From contig JBGFSC010000006.1 of assembly GCA_041694815.1 (NCBI GenBank), positions 9,271 through 73,270 on the forward strand: 64,000 bases of DNA, read 5' to 3'. Of this stretch, positions 38,374 through 50,800 are shown piece after piece. A model generated the notes under the pieces. That model ran no database searches, was not told the DNA's origin, and worked only from the letters and a program-made list of their open reading frames with translations. The number at the start of each line of letters is the position of its first letter. Positions within the stretch are counted from its first letter, which is position 1. A program made the position numbers and the translations under genes. Source of the stretch: Elusimicrobiota bacterium (GTDB taxonomy: Bacteria > Elusimicrobiota > Elusimicrobia > UBA1565 > JACRDR01).

Positions 38374-38768
38374 TGGTGCAGGTAGGGCCGGGGAAGCGGC
38401 CGGCGCCCGGCGAAACCCTCATCCATGCCGTGATAATGTCGGATGTTCTTTTCACCCTCGCGCCAGCACAGGTACACATCTTCTCCGCCCAGGCGGTGGG
38501 GAAAATCGACTAAGGCAGGGTCGAGGCCCTTGAGCACCGCGCCCATCGTCTCGATGCCTCGCAAATTCTGCTCTAGACACTGGGCGAGAAACTCAAGCTG
38601 CGATTTCTCGATGGCGATCTGGGCCGGGTCGGTCGCCGCCGCCTCCTCCAGGAGGCGGATGCGACCCAGCTTGTCCTGGGCCTTGGAGCGTATTTCGTGC
38701 GCCAGGGCGAAAATCTTCTCCAACTCGGGGATGCGTTGCTGTGCCTCCTCGTGCGAGAAATATTTCAC
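38370..38768 (-). CDS. conserved hypothetical protein (possibly DUF2203-like)
   Basis: 132 aa, ATGA-coupled to the DJ-1 gene. Motif YLCWREGE..I.HYH. The family assignment is from memory only. Confidence 0.35.
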   Translation of the reverse strand: MKYFSHEEAQQRIPELEKIFALAHEIRSKAQDKLGRIRLLEEAAATDPAQIAIEKSQLEFLAQCLEQNLRGIETMGAVLKGLDPALVDFPHRLGGEDVYLCWREGEKNIRHYHGMDEGFAGRRPLPRPYLHH

Positions 38769-38789
38769 CGTCCGGATTATACCTAATCG

Positions 38790-39302
38790 TCATCTTGTTG
38801 TCCCCTTGGGGGATGTTTCAGCAGGCGCGCCGTCGACGATCCTGCCAATGAGTATCTCAGCGGCGGCCAGCGGCAGCCCGTTGAGGTTGAAGAAGGCCGA
38901 GACGATCCCCGCGAAGGCGCCGCCGGCCGCCACGGCGAGAAGCGTTCCGGCGAGGCCCAGGGCTAGCGCGCCGCCGGCGCCCGGGGCGCCCATGCGGCTG
39001 CAATGGGCCCACCCTCCCAGGGGAAGCGCCGAAAGGGCGCAGAGCATCCACGGGAAAAACGCCCAGTAGAACCAATGGCTTGGGCGACGCTCCAAGGCGG
39101 CCCAAAAGGCCAGGACCAGGCCCGCGCACCACAACGTTAGCGCGAAGGTGGGGATCGGCTCGCGCAGCAGCGACGGAGAAATCAGGACTAGGAGCGCCCC
39201 GGCGCCAGCATAGGCGTACGCCAGCCCGCGCGCGCCGCGGCGCGAGAGGAATAGGGAATCGCGCGCGGATTTGAGGGCGCCTAGCGTCGCGATCAGCCTC
39301 AT
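38790..39302 (-). CDS. hypothetical integral membrane protein
   Basis: 170 aa with 4-5 TM segments. Same strand and tight spacing with the downstream genes. Confidence 0.35.
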   Translation of the reverse strand: MRLIATLGALKSARDSLFLSRRGARGLAYAYAGAGALLVLISPSLLREPIPTFALTLWCAGLVLAFWAALERRPSHWFYWAFFPWMLCALSALPLGGWAHCSRMGAPGAGGALALGLAGTLLAVAAGGAFAGIVSAFFNLNGLPLAAAEILIGRIVDGAPAETSPKGTTR

Positions 39303-39408
39303 GGGGTTCGGCCCGATAGGGCCATTATAGGCGCGTGACTTAAGCGTCGAGCATGCGTGGTGCGTAAATTGTTTATCGGCTCCGAGTGAAGATGCTAAAA
39401 TACGGCCT

Positions 39409-39708
39409 ATGCCCGAGCCTTCTGATGAGCTACTGAGACAGATTGAGGCTGCCTACGACTACCGCGGCCACGTGACCTTGCGCCTGCTCGGCGGGGAGAC
39501 CATCGAGGGTTTCGTCTACAACCGCGAGGGCCGCAATCCGCGCGCCCGCGAGGACCGATTTATCGACGTGATGGTCAAGGACAGCGATTTAAGGCGGCGC
39601 ATCCGCTTCTCGGAGCTGGCCTCGATCGCGTTGACCGGCGAGGATTTCGCCGCCGGAAAATCCTACGAAGACTACCTAAAGAAGAAGCAGCAGGGCCTGG
39701 CCCCTTAG
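39409..39708 (+). CDS. small hypothetical protein (99 aa)
   Basis: Clean ORF with a balanced, non-Arg-rich composition. Convergent with the sulfatase gene. Confidence 0.35.
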   Translation: MPEPSDELLRQIEAAYDYRGHVTLRLLGGETIEGFVYNREGRNPRAREDRFIDVMVKDSDLRRRIRFSELASIALTGEDFAAGKSYEDYLKKKQQGLAP

Positions 39709-41114
39709 TCGGCGTGGCCGATAGGCCTTAGGTCCCCGGGCTCTTTTCCGCCGGAGGGCAGAGAGAAGCTATGGGGCCTGGAGAGCTCGACCTGCCTGAG
39801 CAGGCGCGCCGAGAGCTCGTGCACGATTTCCGGATGCTCCCGGCTGACCTCGCGAAGCTCTTGGGGGTCGTTTTGTAGATCGTAGAGCTCGTAGCGGTCC
39901 TTGTCGAGACGCCAGATGAGCTTCCACCGCTTATCGCGGATTACGCGTTCATCAATCGTCAAATCGGTGCTGGAGGCCATATTCCGCTTGGAGCTCGCGT
40001 AGGCGTACGGGCGATGGGGGGCCGAGGGGTCGCGCAGCAGTGGGAGAAGGCTTTGGCCTTGCAATTCGGCGCCATCATGAGGGGCTTGGGCAATGTCGAG
40101 TATGGTGGGTACCAGGTCGATGCGCTGCACGGGCTCCGATACGCGGCGCCCCGCCGATTGGGGAAAGCCAGGGTGGCGGATGAGCAACGGGACACGCAGC
40201 ACCGGCTCGTAGAGGCCTTCGGTGTGGCCTAGCAGCCCGTGCTCGCCGAGCAGCTCGCCGTGGTCGGCGGTCACGATAAGGACGGTGTTCTCCCACAGGC
40301 CCAGGGCCTTGAGCCGCTGGGTAAAGCGGGCGACGAGCCGGTCGACCGAATGCAGGGCGGCGTCGTAATGGGCGCTCAGGTGTTTTAAATGCTTTGGGTC
40401 TTGCCGGAATATCGCCAGCTTGCGGTCCAGTTCCTCTTTCTCCGGCAGGGTCTCGCCGTTAAAGGCCCTAAAGAAGCGCACGTTGAGCGTCGCGGTGTCA
40501 TGGACGATCCCCTCGTATCCCGGATCGAACCGCTCGGGATCCTCCGACTGGTAAGGCGCGTGCAGGTCATCGACGGCGGCGTAGACGAAGAACGGCGATT
40601 TCTTATTGGCCTTCACCCAGTCGACGATCTTGGGCGAAAGCTCGGCGAAGGAGCGGGGCATCGCGGTCGCCGTCGAGAAAAGATTTACGTATTCGTCGAA
40701 GCCGCGCTGCAGGCCCCAGGCGGGCATGAGGTAGATGCCGCCGCTGAAGGCCGCCGTGCGGTAGCCCGCCTCCCCGAGCCGCGAGGCGAGGGTCGTCTCG
40801 AAATCCGCCAGCTTTCGGAACGGGAGGTTCGTGTACTGCCCGTGCACCTCGGGGGTATGCCCTGTGAATAAGCTGGCGTAATTCGGCAGGCACCAGGAGG
40901 ATTGGGCGATCGCCTGGTCGAAGACCAGCGAATCCTTGGCCAGCGCATCGATGCCGGGCGTCGTGGGCTTGGGGTAGCCGTAGACACCGAAGTGGTCGGC
41001 GCGCGCCGAGCAGATGTCGAGCACGACGACGTTCTTGGGGTTCTCGGCGTAGCCGAGGGCGGGCAGCGAAAAAAGGAGTAAGGCGGCCTTAAGGGCGGAG
41101 ATTCTGCTGCTCAC
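39705..41114 (-). CDS. sulfatase-family (alkaline phosphatase superfamily) exported hydrolase
   Basis: Signal peptide. Metal-ligand region VVLDICSARADHFG with a C-S-A-R variant of the CxPxR motif. Downstream ADHGE motif. Confidence 0.7.
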   Translation of the reverse strand: MSSRISALKAALLLFSLPALGYAENPKNVVVLDICSARADHFGVYGYPKPTTPGIDALAKDSLVFDQAIAQSSWCLPNYASLFTGHTPEVHGQYTNLPFRKLADFETTLASRLGEAGYRTAAFSGGIYLMPAWGLQRGFDEYVNLFSTATAMPRSFAELSPKIVDWVKANKKSPFFVYAAVDDLHAPYQSEDPERFDPGYEGIVHDTATLNVRFFRAFNGETLPEKEELDRKLAIFRQDPKHLKHLSAHYDAALHSVDRLVARFTQRLKALGLWENTVLIVTADHGELLGEHGLLGHTEGLYEPVLRVPLLIRHPGFPQSAGRRVSEPVQRIDLVPTILDIAQAPHDGAELQGQSLLPLLRDPSAPHRPYAYASSKRNMASSTDLTIDERVIRDKRWKLIWRLDKDRYELYDLQNDPQELREVSREHPEIVHELSARLLRQVELSRPHSFSLPSGGKEPGDLRPIGHAD

Positions 41115-41304
41115 GTTGCTCCAGTTGCCGCAGCTCCTCGCGGCTCTTCTGGAGGTTCTCCTCCATCGAGGCCAGGAATTTCTTGGCGTAGACTAGCTCG
41201 AGGTCGTCGGGTTTGTAGAAAGGGATCTCGTACTTAGTCCGTTCGATACCCTCCTCCAGGCCCATGATCAGCCGCTGTAGGAAGTGCCTACGGTCCATTT
41301 CCAT
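41089..41304 (-). CDS. small coiled-coil hypothetical protein (71 aa)
   Basis: Charged, helical composition. Overlaps the sulfatase start by 26 nt in another frame. Confidence 0.3.
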   Translation of the reverse strand: MEMDRRHFLQRLIMGLEEGIERTKYEIPFYKPDDLELVYAKKFLASMEENLQKSREELRQLEQREQQNLRP

Positions 41305-41349
41305 CCTGAATAGTCTATTCCTTAACGGAGCGCCTTTGCAAGATAGTCA

Positions 41350-41433
41350 GGTGTCAGACTTTAACTTTTTGAACTTTTGGGACTAATTCGTTCAGATAAG
41401 TTCCAAGAGTTCAAAAAGTTAAAGTCTGACACC
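41350..41433. repeat. type-C palindromic element (GGTGTCAGACTTTAACTTTTTGAAC ... GTTCAAAAAGTTAAAGTCTGACACC)
   Basis: 25-bp perfect inverted arms with a 34-nt AT-rich spacer. Termini are GGTGTCAG/CTGACACC, related to types A and B. The right end shares the nitroreductase stop codon (TAG, 41433-41435). Confidence 0.85.
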
Positions 41434-42107
41434 TATCGCGAGCCGTCCCAGGGATCGCCGAAATGCTCGGCGAAGACGACGCGCGAGAGTTCGAAGCGGC
41501 CGCCGTAGGGCTTGTCGGGCTCGCGCCCGTAGCCGATCGCCAGCAGGGCGAGCACTCGGACCCTCTCGGGGATGCCGAAAGCCGCGCGCACCTTCGCCTC
41601 GTCGAACCCTTCCATGGGCGCGGTGTCGAGCCCGTAGCATTCGGCCGCGAGAAGCAGGTGGGTGAAGGCGATCAGTGTCTGGCGCGTGACCCAGATGTCG
41701 AGGTCGGTCGAGCTCAGGTAATCAGTGGCGCTTTGCCGCATGCCCGCGGCCATGCGCTCGTTATAGATGGCGCCCGCCTCCTTGCCGATGCGCAGCATTT
41801 CCTCGATATCCTCGCGCCAGGCCTGGGGGTCTCCACAGGCGATGACGACCACCGGTGCCTCCTCCACCTTCGACTGGCCGAAGGCGGCCTCGCGCAATTT
41901 CTTCCGGTTGGCGGGATCGCGGACGACGATAAAGCGCCAAGGCTGTAGGTTGTATCCCGAGGGGGCTAGCGTCGCTAGTTCTAGTAGCTCCTGTAGCAGG
42001 GCTTCCGGCACCGGGTCGGGCTTGAAATGCGGGGTGGCCCGGCGGCGCTGTATCGCCGCGCCCAGGGCCAGTGTCTGTTGGCGAAAGGGAATGTTCAAGG
42101 TCCTCAT
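41433..42107 (-). CDS. nitroreductase family protein
   Basis: 224 aa. Nitroreductase-fold motifs (RRATPHFK...APSGYNLQPWRFIVV). Confidence 0.8.
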   Translation of the reverse strand: MRTLNIPFRQQTLALGAAIQRRRATPHFKPDPVPEALLQELLELATLAPSGYNLQPWRFIVVRDPANRKKLREAAFGQSKVEEAPVVVIACGDPQAWREDIEEMLRIGKEAGAIYNERMAAGMRQSATDYLSSTDLDIWVTRQTLIAFTHLLLAAECYGLDTAPMEGFDEAKVRAAFGIPERVRVLALLAIGYGREPDKPYGGRFELSRVVFAEHFGDPWDGSR

Positions 42108-42199
42108 GGAACCCTAGTATAGCCAGTGGCGTAGGCCGTGTCCGTCGTCATTCTGTAAATTCGAGGTATTCGGAATTTGCAATAATTCGCGGCCTGCTG

Positions 42200-44020
42200 T
42201 CAGAATTCGGGCAACGATTGACGCAGGTTTTGAAAGCGCCTCCAGGGATCTATGCCTCGCAGGCGCGGCTCGATGTTGTCGATCGTGTAAAAATCCGGTC
42301 CTGGCAACTCGGCCAGCTCCTTCCAGGAGAGCGGAGTAGCGATGGGTGCTCCGTTCTTGGCGCGGGTCGAGTACGCCGCGACGGCCGTTGCTCCCCGATT
42401 GTTGCGGAGGTAGTCGATGAATATCTTGCCGCGGCGCTGAGCCTTGCCTAGCCGGGCAGTATAGCGGTCGGGTTTTTCCAGCGCGAGGCTTTCGGCCACC
42501 GCCTTAGAAAAGGCCTTGACCCGTTCCCAGCCGTCCTTCGGGCGCAACGGTACGACTATATGCAGACCTTTGCTACCGGTGCTTTTAGGGAAGCTCTCCA
42601 GTCGAAACCCCTTGAGCTTATCGCGTAGGGCGAAGGCCGCTTCCACGACCATGCTCCAGGCCACCCCCGGCGCCGGATCGAGATCGAAGGTCATGAGATC
42701 GGGCTTGTCGACCTGCTTGATCCGGCAGCCCCAGGGATGCAGCTCGAGCGCGCCTAATTGCGCCAGATAGATCAGGCCCGCGAGATCCTTGATGTAGATG
42801 TACGTCCGGGCTTCCCCCTTTTCGTCTATCTCGATGCGGCCGATGGAGGGGGGAAAGGCCTCCTGCGCGTGCTTCTGAAAGAAACAATCGCGCCGGTGGC
42901 CTTCCGGGCAGCGCAGCAAGGCCAGCGGCCTCCGAGCCACGTGGGGGAGCATCCGTTCGGCGGCCCGCGCGTAATAATCCGCCAAAGCCCGCTTCGTGAT
43001 TCCCTGCTCGGGATAGAGCACGCGTTCGGGATGGCTCAGACGGATGCCCGCGATGATCGGCTCCGGCCGCTCGAGCACGATCTCCTCCGGGCCCTTATCC
43101 TCGCGGAGGCCCTGAAAGCGCGCTTGGCGCAGCCGGCGGTCGCGGGTCCATTCGGCGAAGTCGATCTCGGCTACCAATTCGGGCCTCACCCAATGCGCCT
43201 TAGTGGCGCCTGTTCCCTCGGGAGGCCTGGAGAAGGGGCAGGTCGCGCTGCGAATGGCCGAGAGCTTGCGGCCCAAGTCGCGGAGCATGCCCTCCGTGAA
43301 GCCCGTGCCGACCTTGCCGCAATATTCGATTCCCCCGTCGCGTCGCAGGCCCAGGAGCAGCGAACCGAACGTCGAGCGCGCGCCGCGAGGCTCGGTGTAT
43401 CCCCCGATGAGGAATTCCTGCCGCTGGATGCATTTGACCTTGAGCCAGCGGCTCGAGCGGCCCGAGACGTACGGCAGGCCCTTGCTTTTGGAAACGATGC
43501 CCTCCAGGCGGAGGCGGCAGGCTTGACGGTAGACCTGGGTCCCGCGCCCCTCCACGTGATCGCTGTAGCGCAGCTTCCCGCCGGCCGCCTCGCGCAGGAG
43601 CTCCGCGAGGCGGCGCTTGCGCTCGACTAGGGGCAGGGGGCGCAGGTCCTTGCCGTTTAGGTGGAGCAGATCGAACAAATAATAAACCAGGCGGCTGGGG
43701 TCCCGGGCGCTCAAGGCCTCCTGCATGGCGTGGAAGGAGGAGGCCCCTCGTTCGTCGAGCGCGACGATCTCGCCGTCGACGATCGCGGACGCCGCGGGCA
43801 GCCTCGCCAAGGCCTCGGCCAGCGGCGAGAACCTGTCCGTCCAATCGTTGCCCTTGCGCGTCAGCAGCCGGGCTCTGCCGGATTCCAGGAAGCCCAGGGC
43901 CCGATATCCGTCGAACTTGACTTCGTGGATCCAGCCTGGACCATCGGGGACCTTTTCGGCGAGCGCGGCCAACTGGGGCGCGAAGAACGCGGGCAGCGGC
44001 GGCGCTTTAGGGGCCATCAA
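42200..44020 (-). CDS. ligD: ATP-dependent DNA ligase LigD (ligase plus primase-polymerase domains, no phosphoesterase domain)
   Basis: Adenylation motif I KFDGYR. OB domain. C-terminal LigD-Pol region (KGLHIVVPL, FDLDP). 606 aa. Confidence 0.85.
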   Translation of the reverse strand: MMAPKAPPLPAFFAPQLAALAEKVPDGPGWIHEVKFDGYRALGFLESGRARLLTRKGNDWTDRFSPLAEALARLPAASAIVDGEIVALDERGASSFHAMQEALSARDPSRLVYYLFDLLHLNGKDLRPLPLVERKRRLAELLREAAGGKLRYSDHVEGRGTQVYRQACRLRLEGIVSKSKGLPYVSGRSSRWLKVKCIQRQEFLIGGYTEPRGARSTFGSLLLGLRRDGGIEYCGKVGTGFTEGMLRDLGRKLSAIRSATCPFSRPPEGTGATKAHWVRPELVAEIDFAEWTRDRRLRQARFQGLREDKGPEEIVLERPEPIIAGIRLSHPERVLYPEQGITKRALADYYARAAERMLPHVARRPLALLRCPEGHRRDCFFQKHAQEAFPPSIGRIEIDEKGEARTYIYIKDLAGLIYLAQLGALELHPWGCRIKQVDKPDLMTFDLDPAPGVAWSMVVEAAFALRDKLKGFRLESFPKSTGSKGLHIVVPLRPKDGWERVKAFSKAVAESLALEKPDRYTARLGKAQRRGKIFIDYLRNNRGATAVAAYSTRAKNGAPIATPLSWKELAELPGPDFYTIDNIEPRLRGIDPWRRFQNLRQSLPEF

Positions 44021-44844
44021 TGCAGGGTTCGGGAGGCGTGAGCGCCTCGATGTCGCGTTTCCCCATGAGCCAGGCTCCGCTTGAGCAGCTGCATGATGTC
44101 GGCCGGCGGCGTCGGCGTTTTAGTCTCGGCCGGTAGGGCTAGGGGTTCGACCTTGCCCTTTTCGGCCTTTTTCCGTATGAAGGCGAGCAGTTCCTCGCGG
44201 TAGCGGTCCTTGTATTGCCGCGGGTCCCAAAGCGCGGAGAGATCGTCGATGAGGCGCTCGGCCATCTTGAGTTCCCCCTCGGATATCTTGAGCTTGCGCG
44301 GGTCGCGGGCGGGCAATTTAAGGTGGCCAGGATCGCGCAACTCCTGCTGGTAGCGCAGCAGGTTGAGCACCAGCGCCTCTTTATGCGGCACGAGCGCAGC
44401 CAGGTGCTCCTTGGCGTGCAGGACCACCGTGGCGATGCCGACCTTGCCGCTGCGCTTGAGCGCCTCGCGCAGCAGCGCGTAGGCCTTGTCGCTGCCTCCC
44501 ATCGGCTCTAGGTAATACGGCTTGTCGAAATAGACCGCTTCGATGGCCGATCGCTCAACGAAGGCCGAGATGTCGATGCGCTGGCTGCGCCCCGGAGAGG
44601 CGCGTTTCAAGTCCTCATCCGTCAACAGCACGTACTCCCCATCGGAGATCTCGTATCCCTTGACGATCTCATCCTTGCCCACCGGCTCGCCCGTGCGTTT
44701 GTTGACCTTCCGGTAACCGACGGGGGACATGTCGCGCTTGTCGATCCAGTTGAGGTTAAGCGCGTCCGGGTGCTCGCCCGGATGCAGCGCCACCTGGACA
44801 TTCACCAGGCCGAAGCTGAGGCTTCCCTTCCATACGGCGGCCAT
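44017..44844 (-). CDS. ku: Ku (non-homologous end joining) protein
   Basis: MAAVWKGSLSFGLVNVQVAL is the canonical bacterial Ku N-terminus. 275 aa. ATGA-coupled with ligD. Confidence 0.9.
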   Translation of the reverse strand: MAAVWKGSLSFGLVNVQVALHPGEHPDALNLNWIDKRDMSPVGYRKVNKRTGEPVGKDEIVKGYEISDGEYVLLTDEDLKRASPGRSQRIDISAFVERSAIEAVYFDKPYYLEPMGGSDKAYALLREALKRSGKVGIATVVLHAKEHLAALVPHKEALVLNLLRYQQELRDPGHLKLPARDPRKLKISEGELKMAERLIDDLSALWDPRQYKDRYREELLAFIRKKAEKGKVEPLALPAETKTPTPPADIMQLLKRSLAHGETRHRGAHASRTLH

Positions 44845-44854
44845 GTCGTCCCGC

Positions 44855-45442
44855 CTAGAAATGGAAATTCAGGCCGGCGGTCACCTGATGGCCCGCGTCG
44901 TCGAAGTCCTGGTTCGCGGTGGTGTTGGAGGCGTTGCGGCTGCGGATGTTCCCGATCCAGATATGCCGGTAGGTAGCGTCGATGGACCACTTTGGGTTCA
45001 AGAATATTTGCAGGCCTCCCCCGACATGCGGCCCGAAGCGGTTGTCGGTCTCATCGAAGCCTCCCGGACCCTCGACATGCGTGAAGTACCACCCGGCTCC
45101 CGCCAGAATGAACGGCGATATGCGGTGGCGGCCGGGCGTTAAGTACGCCAGCAGCGAGGCTTGGACCGGATAGATGTCGGCCCGCGTACCCGTGAAGGTC
45201 CGACGGCGATAATCGGCCGATCCCTCCAGGGCCCAGATGTTGCTTAAATGCAGGCGCAACTGGGCCCCCCCGAACCAATCGTCGCCGGTCCCTTGCCCGG
45301 TGTCCGCTTGGAACCAGGTCGCCCTTCCCCCGAGCGAGACTCCTCGATGCGGGTAGACGTCGTCGTAGTCCTGGGCGTAGGCGGCGCTGCCGCCCAGCGG
45401 CAAGAAGGAGAACAGCGCGAGAGCGCAAAATGTAGATTTCAT
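44855..45442 (-). CDS. outer-membrane beta-barrel protein (OmpA-like TM / opacity-porin family)
   Basis: Signal peptide ending AYAQ. Amphipathic beta-strands. C-terminal ...AGLNFHF with a terminal aromatic residue. Confidence 0.6.
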   Translation of the reverse strand: MKSTFCALALFSFLPLGGSAAYAQDYDDVYPHRGVSLGGRATWFQADTGQGTGDDWFGGAQLRLHLSNIWALEGSADYRRRTFTGTRADIYPVQASLLAYLTPGRHRISPFILAGAGWYFTHVEGPGGFDETDNRFGPHVGGGLQIFLNPKWSIDATYRHIWIGNIRSRNASNTTANQDFDDAGHQVTAGLNFHF

Positions 45443-45566
45443 GGATTCCTCCTGTCGATCTCATTATAAAGGAGAGATTCCGGAGGTTCCTATAGTTAGC
45501 CCGTCAAGGAAATATGACGTCCCTGAGAGGTGAGCGTGACGGCAAAAAGGGTACAATGGCGCCCGA

Positions 45567-46196
45567 ATGATAGAGCCGCATTGGTTCGACGCGCTCCAGA
45601 GGCGTTTCGGCTCATGGACGATCCCCGGCCTCGTGAATTTCATCGTGGGGATGAACGCCGCGGTGTGGGCGCTTTCCCTGCTCAAGCCAGAATTTCCGAG
45701 CGTGCTGGCCCTCGACCCTCATCGGGTGATGCAGGGCGAATGGTGGAGGATCTTCACCTTCCTGTTCATTCCTCCCGCTTCCTCCCCGCTGTGGATGTTC
45801 TTATGGCTCTACCTGCTCTACACCTACGCGAGCGCCTTGGAAAGGGAATGGGGCGATTTCCGCTTCAATCTCTATTACGCGATCGGCGCCGCGTCCACGG
45901 CGGCGGCGTCTCTCGGTCTGGGGCAGGGGCTTTCCAACGCGCCGCTGAACGCCTCGATTTTCCTGGCCTTCGCGGCCCTCTACCCGGATTTCGAGCTGCT
46001 GCTATTCTTCATCCTGCCGGTCAAGGCGAAATGGCTGGCGGCGTTGGCTTGGATCGGCATCGCCTGGTCGGCGATATTCGGCCATTGGGCGGTTCGCGTC
46101 GCGCTGTCGGCCGGCCTCGTCAATTACGCGCTTTTTTTCGGCAAGGACCATGCCCTGTCTCTCCGTTATCGCTGGAGGCGCTGGCGTGAGCGATAG
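45567..46196 (+). CDS. rhomboid-like polytopic membrane protein (catalytic motifs degenerate)
   Basis: GEWWRIFTFLF and later GHWA in TM segments recall the rhomboid fold. The GxSG motif is replaced by GAAST. About 6 TM segments. Confidence 0.3.
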   Translation: MIEPHWFDALQRRFGSWTIPGLVNFIVGMNAAVWALSLLKPEFPSVLALDPHRVMQGEWWRIFTFLFIPPASSPLWMFLWLYLLYTYASALEREWGDFRFNLYYAIGAASTAAASLGLGQGLSNAPLNASIFLAFAALYPDFELLLFFILPVKAKWLAALAWIGIAWSAIFGHWAVRVALSAGLVNYALFFGKDHALSLRYRWRRWRER

Positions 46197-46518
46197 GATC
46201 GTCTACTCGAGCGACCCGGACTTCTGCTCCGCCTGCGGCCATTCCCCCTGCCGTTGCCAGGCGCCGGCGACCCGCCGCCAGGCGGAACCCCTGCGCCTCT
46301 CTTTCGCCCGCGGCGTCAAGGGCAGCGGGGTGACGCGCATCGAGCGGCTCGTCCTGCACCCGACGCTCAAGGAGCAGATGCTTCAAAAATTCAAGAAGCG
46401 GCTCGGCTGCGGCGGAGCGGTCAAGGAAGGTGCCTTGGAGCTGCAAGGCGATCATCGCGATTTCCTGGAAGGGGCGCTCAAGGCGGAGGGTTTCAAGGTC
46501 CGCCGCGTCGGCGGCTAG
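46186..46518 (+). CDS. yciH: translation initiation factor SUI1/eIF1 family protein (YciH-like)
   Basis: Motifs GKGVTRI, LKKRLGCGGAVKEG, ELQGDHRD. GTG start at 46186 preceded by GGAGG; the track ORF begins 12 codons upstream at an ATG. Confidence 0.7.
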   Translation: MSDRIVYSSDPDFCSACGHSPCRCQAPATRRQAEPLRLSFARGVKGSGVTRIERLVLHPTLKEQMLQKFKKRLGCGGAVKEGALELQGDHRDFLEGALKAEGFKVRRVGG

Positions 46519-46538
46519 AGTAGGTCCATCGCTCTTAC

Positions 46539-46586
46539 GGTGCCAGGGATTGACTTTCGCCTAGGCGAAAGTCAATCCCTGGCACC
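46539..46586. repeat. type-B 48-bp perfect palindrome, copy B2 (identical to B1)
   Basis: Exact copy of the 14542-14589 sequence. Lies between yciH and the receiver-domain gene. Confidence 0.9.
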
Positions 46587-47055
46587 ATTGTTACAAAGGC
46601 GATGGGTCCCATGCCCGCCACCCGCGCCTACAGCACGCCGTTCATCCGTCGCCTATCCAATATTCACCGAGCCTATATGGAGTCTCGCGCGGCGCGGCGA
46701 TTACAATGCCCCCATGACAGGAGGTGTCTATGAGGTCGCATAAGGGACCCCGGGGCGGCAAGACCATACTGATGGTCGACGACGAGCCGGACATGCTGTC
46801 GGTGCTCGAGCCGATGCTCAGCGCCGAGGGCTACCGTGTCGAGACGGCTTCCGACGGCGAGCAGGCCTTAAGGCGCATCCACGCGAGAAAGCCCGACTTG
46901 GTCCTGCTCGACCTCAAAATGCCCGGACTGGGCGGGCGGGCCGCCCTAGAGGAGCTTCGCCGCAATGCCTCGACCCGCTCGCTGCCTGTGATCATGCTCA
47001 CGGGCAAGGCCGAGCCGGCCGACGAGATCAGCTCCCTCGAGCACGGGGCGGACGA

Positions 47056-49821
<2,766 letters not shown>

Positions 49822-49854
49822 ATAAGGAGGTCCTCCGCCTTATTGTATCAATTT

Positions 49855-50001
49855 GGTGCCAGGCATCCACTTTCTACACTTTCTTGACTTTCGAAGATAT
49901 TGTCGTCAAGAGAAATGAGAAAGTATATTCCAGATTTGGTGCTAAAAGTACCGAACCTGGAGAGAAAGTGTAGAAAGTAGAGAAAGTGGATGCCTGGCAC
50001 C
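49855..50001. repeat. type-A palindromic element, copy A4 (expanded, 147 nt, with an internal partial extra left arm)
   Basis: Arms GGTGCCAGGCATCCACTTTCT / AGAAAGTGGATGCCTGGCACC. Internal TTTGGTGCTAAAAGTACCGAACCTGG is a degenerate arm. Lies between acnA and xth, which are divergent. Confidence 0.85.
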
Positions 50002-50029
50002 CGGATAACGAAGTTGGTAAAATGACCCG

Positions 50030-50800
50030 ATGGTCCGGCTGCTCTCTTGGAACGTCAACGGGATCCGCGCCGCCGAGCGCAAGGGCCTCCTCGATTGGTT
50101 CAAGAAGGAGGCGCCCGACGTCCTCTGCCTGCAGGAGACCAAGGCCATGCCCGAGCAGGTCAGCCCCGCGCTGCGCGAGGTCTCTGGGTATGCGGTCGAA
50201 TGGCACTGGGCGGAGAAGAAGGGCTATAGCGGCGTAGCCACCTACAGCAGGCCGAGGTTCGAAAGGGCTACGCGCGGCTGCGGGATCGCGCGCTACGATT
50301 GCGAAGGGCGCGTGCTCGTGGCCGATTATCCGAAGTTCACCTTATTCAACGTTTACTTTCCCAACGGCAAGCGCGACCAGGAGCGCCTGGCCTACAAGAT
50401 GGATTTCTACGAGGATTTCCTCAAGATCCTCCAGGGCGCCCGGGAGTCCGGCAGGCGCAACCTCGTCGTGTGCGGGGACGTCAACACCGCTCATCGCGAG
50501 ATCGACCTGGCCAGGCCCAAGGAGAACCGGAAGGTCTCCGGATTCCTCCCGGAGGAATGCGCCTGGATCGACAAGTTGCTTTCCGCCGGCTTCGTCGACA
50601 CCTTCCGCGAGTTCGAGAGCTCCGGGGGCCATTACACCTGGTGGGACCAGCTCACGCGGGCGCGGGAGAGGAATGTCGGCTGGCGCATCGATTACTTCTT
50701 CGTCTCGGAGGAGCTTCGCCGCTCGCTTAAGAGCGCCTTCATCCTGCCCGAGGTGCTCGGCTCCGACCATTGCCCGGTCGGTATCGAGCTGGACATATGA
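50030..50800 (+). CDS. xth: exodeoxyribonuclease III
   Basis: LLSWNVNGIRA...CLQETK. C-terminal GSDHCPV. 256 aa. Confidence 0.9.
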   Translation: MVRLLSWNVNGIRAAERKGLLDWFKKEAPDVLCLQETKAMPEQVSPALREVSGYAVEWHWAEKKGYSGVATYSRPRFERATRGCGIARYDCEGRVLVADYPKFTLFNVYFPNGKRDQERLAYKMDFYEDFLKILQGARESGRRNLVVCGDVNTAHREIDLARPKENRKVSGFLPEECAWIDKLLSAGFVDTFREFESSGGHYTWWDQLTRARERNVGWRIDYFFVSEELRRSLKSAFILPEVLGSDHCPVGIELDI

